64,000 bases of DNA from Acidobacteriota bacterium (GTDB lineage Bacteria > Acidobacteriota > CAIWXX01), in NCBI GenBank assembly GCA_040755995.1, contig JBFMAF010000049.1:1-64000 (forward strand). The letters run 5' to 3'. The notes beneath the pieces were generated by a model, which saw only the letters and a program-made list of their open reading frames with translations, made no database searches and was not told the origin of the DNA. The translations under genes and the position numbers were made by a program. Of the stretch, positions 59,933-64,000 are shown piece after piece; the first letter of the stretch is position 1; each line of letters begins with the position of its first letter.

Positions 59933-60661
59933 CTAGAACAACGTCTCTACTTTCTGATACTGCGTATGCACCTTCTCCACCGCCTTCTCAGTGACGGCGA
60001 AGTCGCTGCCTGCGGCCGCCTTCTGGAGCTCCCTGGTGGCCTCGCATAGCGCGGCGAAGCCTTCCTTCAGCGCCGCCTCCTTGGCGACATGTCGCTTCGG
60101 CACCTGAGCGGCCACGAGCGTATCGCATGCCTTGGCCAGGTCCACAGACGCCGCCCGCAACTTGTCAGCCTGCTTCTCGGGCAGGTAGTAGTGATAAATC
60201 TGATAGAGCACCACGTGGTAAGCATCCAGCTCGTCCATGACCGGCCACACTGTGCGCACCAGCCCTTCGTAGCGCGCGTGCAATGTTTCGACTCCATCCA
60301 GCATCGCCTGATTGTTGCCCTCCGCCACGGCCTTGTCGAGCGCGGCGGCAGATGCCGCCAGCGCCGTGACGCCTTCCTGCCACTTGGCCTTCTTGTCGCG
60401 CAGTATGCCCGGCAACTCAACCTTCTCGACCTTCGCCACGTACTCCCTCACCTGGGGCAGCAGTTCCTTGATCAGCGCGTAGTCCTTGTTCGGCCACGCA
60501 TTGTGCCACAGGGGGAAGATGACCTCGTGGAACTCCTCCAGAACCGGAACCTCAGCCTTGAGCTCCGCGCACTGCGCCTCCTCGGCGCTGAGCGCACCGA
60601 CGCCGGGCAATGCCGCAGCCAGGGCGAAGAAAACGAATAGAGCGATCTTGTGCTTCATCAT
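59933..60661 (-). CDS. secreted all-alpha hypothetical protein with two internal repeats
   Basis: Signal peptide; L..FH.V...L.H...P and V..(L/V)H..Y motifs occur twice, possibly metal-binding His. Confidence 0.7.
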   Translation of the reverse strand: MMKHKIALFVFFALAAALPGVGALSAEEAQCAELKAEVPVLEEFHEVIFPLWHNAWPNKDYALIKELLPQVREYVAKVEKVELPGILRDKKAKWQEGVTALAASAAALDKAVAEGNNQAMLDGVETLHARYEGLVRTVWPVMDELDAYHVVLYQIYHYYLPEKQADKLRAASVDLAKACDTLVAAQVPKRHVAKEAALKEGFAALCEATRELQKAAAGSDFAVTEKAVEKVHTQYQKVETLF

Positions 60662-60740
60662 GCCATCCTCTCTGATATGAAGATCTCCAATCCAATTGCA
60701 GTATTCAGCGGACACCCTCCGCGACCATCCCCGTGCCGGC

Positions 60741-62273
60741 TCACCACGAGCTCTTCAACTCGCCGATCTCGCCTTCGACTGCCCCCAGGATCTCGCACCG
60801 CTCAACTGCCGCGGCCATGTTGTTGTGGTCCGGGAACAGCGGGCGATCCTCGTCGAGGTGCTCCACGACCTTCCTGATCGCTGCGTGAGCAGCCCTAGTC
60901 CCTGCGCCGAACGTGAAGCTGCGGAAATCGAGAGCCTGGGCCGCCGCTATGAGCTCGATTCCGAGAACGCCGTATGCGTTCTTCAATATCTGGCCGGTCT
61001 TCAGCGCCCCGTTCATCCCCATGCTGACGAAGTCCTCCTGGTCGGCGGCGGCCGGGATCGACTGCACGCACGACGGGTTGCTCAGAATACGCTGCTCGAC
61101 GACCAGCATCCCCGCTGTGTACTGGCTCAGCATGTGCCCCGAGTACATCCCGGCACCCTTGGTCAGGAAGGCCGGAAGGCCGACGCTCAGCGCCGGGTTC
61201 AGCAGACGATTCAGACGCCTCTCGGACAGCACGCAGATCATGGTAACTCCGGCGCCGATGAGGTCCAGCGGCATGCTGATAGGGGTGCCCTGGAAGTTCG
61301 CGCCGGTGAGGACCACGTTCCCATCAGGGATGAAGATCGGATTGTCCGCCACCCCGTTCAGCTCGATCTCGAACTGCTTCCGCGCGTAGGCGAGGGCGTC
61401 GCGCAGAGCGCCGATCACCTGGGGCGTCGATCGCAGCGAATAGGCGTCCTGCACCTTGACCTTGAGCTTGCCGGTGAGCAGATCCGATCCGGCCATGACT
61501 GCGCGCAGATTCGACGCGCACGTTACGGCGCCCTTGAACCCGCGGAGCTCGTGGATGCGAAGATCGTAAGGTTTCATGTTGGCTGTGAGTGCTTCCAGGC
61601 TCATCGCCGAGGCGATCTCGGCCTGTTTCAACCAGCGCTCGATATCGTAGAGCTCGAGGCAGCCCATGCCGGTGATCAGGTTCGAGCCGTTGATGGACGC
61701 CAGGCCGTCACGAGCCTGCAGGCCCGGCACCGGGATGCCCGCCTTCTCCATGCCTTTCCTGGTCGGCATGCGCTCGCCGCCGTAGAAGCACTCCCCCTCG
61801 CCCATCAGGCTCAGCGCGATCTGGCTCATGGGCGCGAGGTCGCCGCACGCACCGACGCTTCCCTTCTGGCAGACCACCGGCGTGACGCCCTTGTTCAGCA
61901 TGTCGACATAGGTGAGGGTGATCTCCGGGCGGCAGCCCGAATGCCCCTTGGCGTGCACGTTGATGCGGCTCAGCATCGCCGCGCGAACGTGCTCGATCGG
62001 GCAGGGATCTCCGATGCCCGCGGCGTGGTTGTAGATCAGGTACTTCTGGAACTGCTGCACCTGTTCGTCGGTAAGAACCACGTTGGCCAGCTCGCCGATA
62101 CCGGTGTTCACGCCGTACATGATCTCGTGAGCTACAATCTTCCGCTCCAATACGCCCCGGCATTTCCGGATACGCTCGATGGCCTCCGGCGCCAGCTCCA
62201 CCGGTTCGTTCTGACGAGCCACACGGACTACGTCTTCTATGGTAAGACTTTTTCCGTCGAGCACTATCGGCAT
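60741..62273 (-). CDS. hutH: histidine ammonia-lyase family (MIO-dependent aromatic amino acid lyase)
   Basis: YGVNTG.G, GSVGACGDL, QDAYSLR, DNP, GANF, QEDFVSMG; substrate not certain. Confidence 0.85.
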   Translation of the reverse strand: MPIVLDGKSLTIEDVVRVARQNEPVELAPEAIERIRKCRGVLERKIVAHEIMYGVNTGIGELANVVLTDEQVQQFQKYLIYNHAAGIGDPCPIEHVRAAMLSRINVHAKGHSGCRPEITLTYVDMLNKGVTPVVCQKGSVGACGDLAPMSQIALSLMGEGECFYGGERMPTRKGMEKAGIPVPGLQARDGLASINGSNLITGMGCLELYDIERWLKQAEIASAMSLEALTANMKPYDLRIHELRGFKGAVTCASNLRAVMAGSDLLTGKLKVKVQDAYSLRSTPQVIGALRDALAYARKQFEIELNGVADNPIFIPDGNVVLTGANFQGTPISMPLDLIGAGVTMICVLSERRLNRLLNPALSVGLPAFLTKGAGMYSGHMLSQYTAGMLVVEQRILSNPSCVQSIPAAADQEDFVSMGMNGALKTGQILKNAYGVLGIELIAAAQALDFRSFTFGAGTRAAHAAIRKVVEHLDEDRPLFPDHNNMAAAVERCEILGAVEGEIGELKSSW

Positions 62274-62384
62274 CGCTTGGTACCTCCTTGCGCCTTCATT
62301 TCACATTGCTCTTGCGCAGGCGGGCACGACCCGCCAAAGCAAACATCTTCTACCGTCGACGGGACCCGTGTCAACACGACCCGA

Positions 62385-62527
62385 AGCCCAAAACCAAGGG
62401 ACAAAGCGAAAGGGGAAAGGCGAAAGGGAGAAGGGATGGGCAACTGGGCGGAAGGAGTAAGACCCAAGGGGAAGGTTAGGAGGAAAGGGGCCGAGGGGAA
62501 AGGGAAAAGGGCGAAGAGCAGGAGGGG
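62385..62527. repeat. purine-rich low-complexity tract (GGGAAAG-like units)
   Basis: Strongly G/A-biased plus strand in a divergent intergenic region. Confidence 0.55.
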
Positions 62528-62557
62528 CGCTCCGTAACTGACAACAGGCAACTGTTA

Positions 62558-62585
62558 TTGACAGATCGGAGGACTGCGGTAGAGT
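62558..62585 (+). promoter_or_regulatory. sigma70 promoter, probably giving a leaderless transcript
   Basis: TTGACA-N16-TAGAGT; ATG begins 7 nt after the -10. Confidence 0.5.
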
Positions 62586-62591
62586 TGTTGC

Positions 62592-63200
62592 ATGGACGTG
62601 ATGCCGGCCGGCGATGACAGGTCGATCGAGGCGGCGGTGAGGGTCATCCGATCTGCTGGTATCGTCGCGGTCCCGACAGACACATTCTACGGGTTGGCGG
62701 CCGACCCGATGAACCCGGTGGCGTTGGAGCGGCTCGTGCGGCTCAAGGGCCGGGACGTGTCGAGAGGAATCCTCATCTTGATCTCCGACCTGAATCAGAT
62801 CACACCGTACGTAGATCGCCTGCCCGTGGGCTTCGAAGGGTGGGGGATCTGGCCCGGTCCCGTGACGCTGCTGCTGGCGGCGCGCCTGGGACTGCCGCCG
62901 CTGCTTACTGGTGGCTCACGGAAGATCGGAGTCCGTCTGCCGGAGGCCGCCATAGTCTCCCGAATCTGCCGGCGGCTGCGCCACGCGATCACCGGGACCA
63001 GCGCGAATCTCTCAGGCGATCCGCCCGCATCGGACCCGTCCGCTCTGGGCCCCATCGCCGGTTCGACAGATCTCGCGCTCGATGGCGGAAGACTTACAGC
63101 CGAGCAGCCATCGACCATCGTCGACCTTACCGGCGCTACACCGGTGCTCGTGAGGCCTGGTGTGGTGCCATTCGAGACCATACTGAAGGAGATTCGATGA
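62592..63200 (+). CDS. tsaC: L-threonylcarbamoyladenylate synthase (TsaC/Sua5/YrdC)
   Basis: PTDTFYGL, KGR, WPGPVT, GVRLP, TSANLSG, PSTIVD. Confidence 0.92.
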   Translation: MDVMPAGDDRSIEAAVRVIRSAGIVAVPTDTFYGLAADPMNPVALERLVRLKGRDVSRGILILISDLNQITPYVDRLPVGFEGWGIWPGPVTLLLAARLGLPPLLTGGSRKIGVRLPEAAIVSRICRRLRHAITGTSANLSGDPPASDPSALGPIAGSTDLALDGGRLTAEQPSTIVDLTGATPVLVRPGVVPFETILKEIR

Positions 63201-63979
63201 GAGTAGCGCTCGCGCAGATGACCGTGGTGGAAGGCGACATCGACCGCAACCACGGTGTGGCCAGAGAGGCGGTCGCGGAGGCCATTCGTGCGGGGGCTGA
63301 GGTCGTGGCGTTCCCCGAGCTGTTCCTCACGGGCTACGATTGGGGGCAGATCCGCAATGCCAGCCCGGCCTCCACACGGATGGTCGAACGCCACATCCGA
63401 GCCCTTGCCGGGAAGATCACAGTCATCGGGGGCAGCTTCGCAGAAGCACGCCGCGGTGGGATTTGCAATACTACTATCGTAGTAAAGCCGGGCGGGCGCC
63501 GCGCTGCCACATACCGGAAGATGCACCTGTTCAGCATGCTGGGGGAGGACCGTGTGTTCACCGGAGGCGACTCGACGGTGAGCTTCCCGCTCGGCCGCTG
63601 GCGCGCGGGGCTCGCCACCTGCTACGACCTTCGCTTTCCAGAGATGTTCCGGCGGCTCACGTACGCGCACCGGTGCAACGTCGTCTTCGTGCAGTCATCG
63701 TGGCCGATGCCCCGGCAGTCGGCCTGGGACGTGCTGCTGCGGGCCCGCGCAATGGAGGACCAGCTCTACGTGTGCGGAACGAACCGCGTCGGGCCCGGCG
63801 GAAAGCTCGTGTATTTCGGCTCGACGCAGGTCGTCAGCCCGCTCGGCGAGGTGCTCTGCAACAAGGGGCGCACGGAGGGGCTGCTTGTGGCGGACCTGGA
63901 TCTCGACGAGGTTTCGCGCGTACGCCGGCTCATTCCGGCCTTGAAGGAACGACAGCCGCGAGTCTACGGGAAATACTAG
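63197..63979 (+). CDS. carbon-nitrogen hydrolase (nitrilase/omega-amidase family)
   Basis: FPELF, YRKMHLF, CYDLRFPE; ATGA overlap with tsaC. Confidence 0.92.
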   Translation: MRVALAQMTVVEGDIDRNHGVAREAVAEAIRAGAEVVAFPELFLTGYDWGQIRNASPASTRMVERHIRALAGKITVIGGSFAEARRGGICNTTIVVKPGGRRAATYRKMHLFSMLGEDRVFTGGDSTVSFPLGRWRAGLATCYDLRFPEMFRRLTYAHRCNVVFVQSSWPMPRQSAWDVLLRARAMEDQLYVCGTNRVGPGGKLVYFGSTQVVSPLGEVLCNKGRTEGLLVADLDLDEVSRVRRLIPALKERQPRVYGKY

Positions 63980-64000
63980 CCTCGCTGTCCCCCATGTCTG

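Overview
High-GC bacterial chromosomal window. The gene content (TIGR02999-type ECF sigma with a Ser/Thr kinase, clpC-bamA, Ig-repeat secreted proteins) suggests an Acidobacteriota-like organism, but this is inference only. Two housekeeping blocks on the minus strand, ribH-nusB-transglutaminase-lysS-lolC/E-lolD (47-53 kb) and clpC-bamA (8-13 kb), bracket about 34 kb of accessory DNA. The best candidate for an undescribed system is a co-directional cluster at 28.4-37.9 kb. It encodes an unknown 284-aa protein, two different BrxD/DUF2791-like P-loop ATPases (the second with an N-terminal Tudor-like module), an apparently inserted and frameshifted AAA/PD-(D/E)XK gene, an Lhr-like SF2 helicase with a non-canonical DDAQ motif II, and a SEC-C protein with a possible alphaCTD-like C-terminus. 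It resembles Shango and BREX BrxD-BrxHI modules, but TerB and PglX/PglZ are absent. Other items of note: a stand-alone luxE-luxC pair, a histidine ammonia-lyase family enzyme with ACG in place of the ASG (MIO) triad, a ~120-bp direct repeat flanking an MgtC/SapB gene, several gene remnants and REP-like palindromes. I recognised no rRNA, tRNA, CRISPR array, integrase or transposase. All family assignments come from motif recognition by eye, not from database searches.
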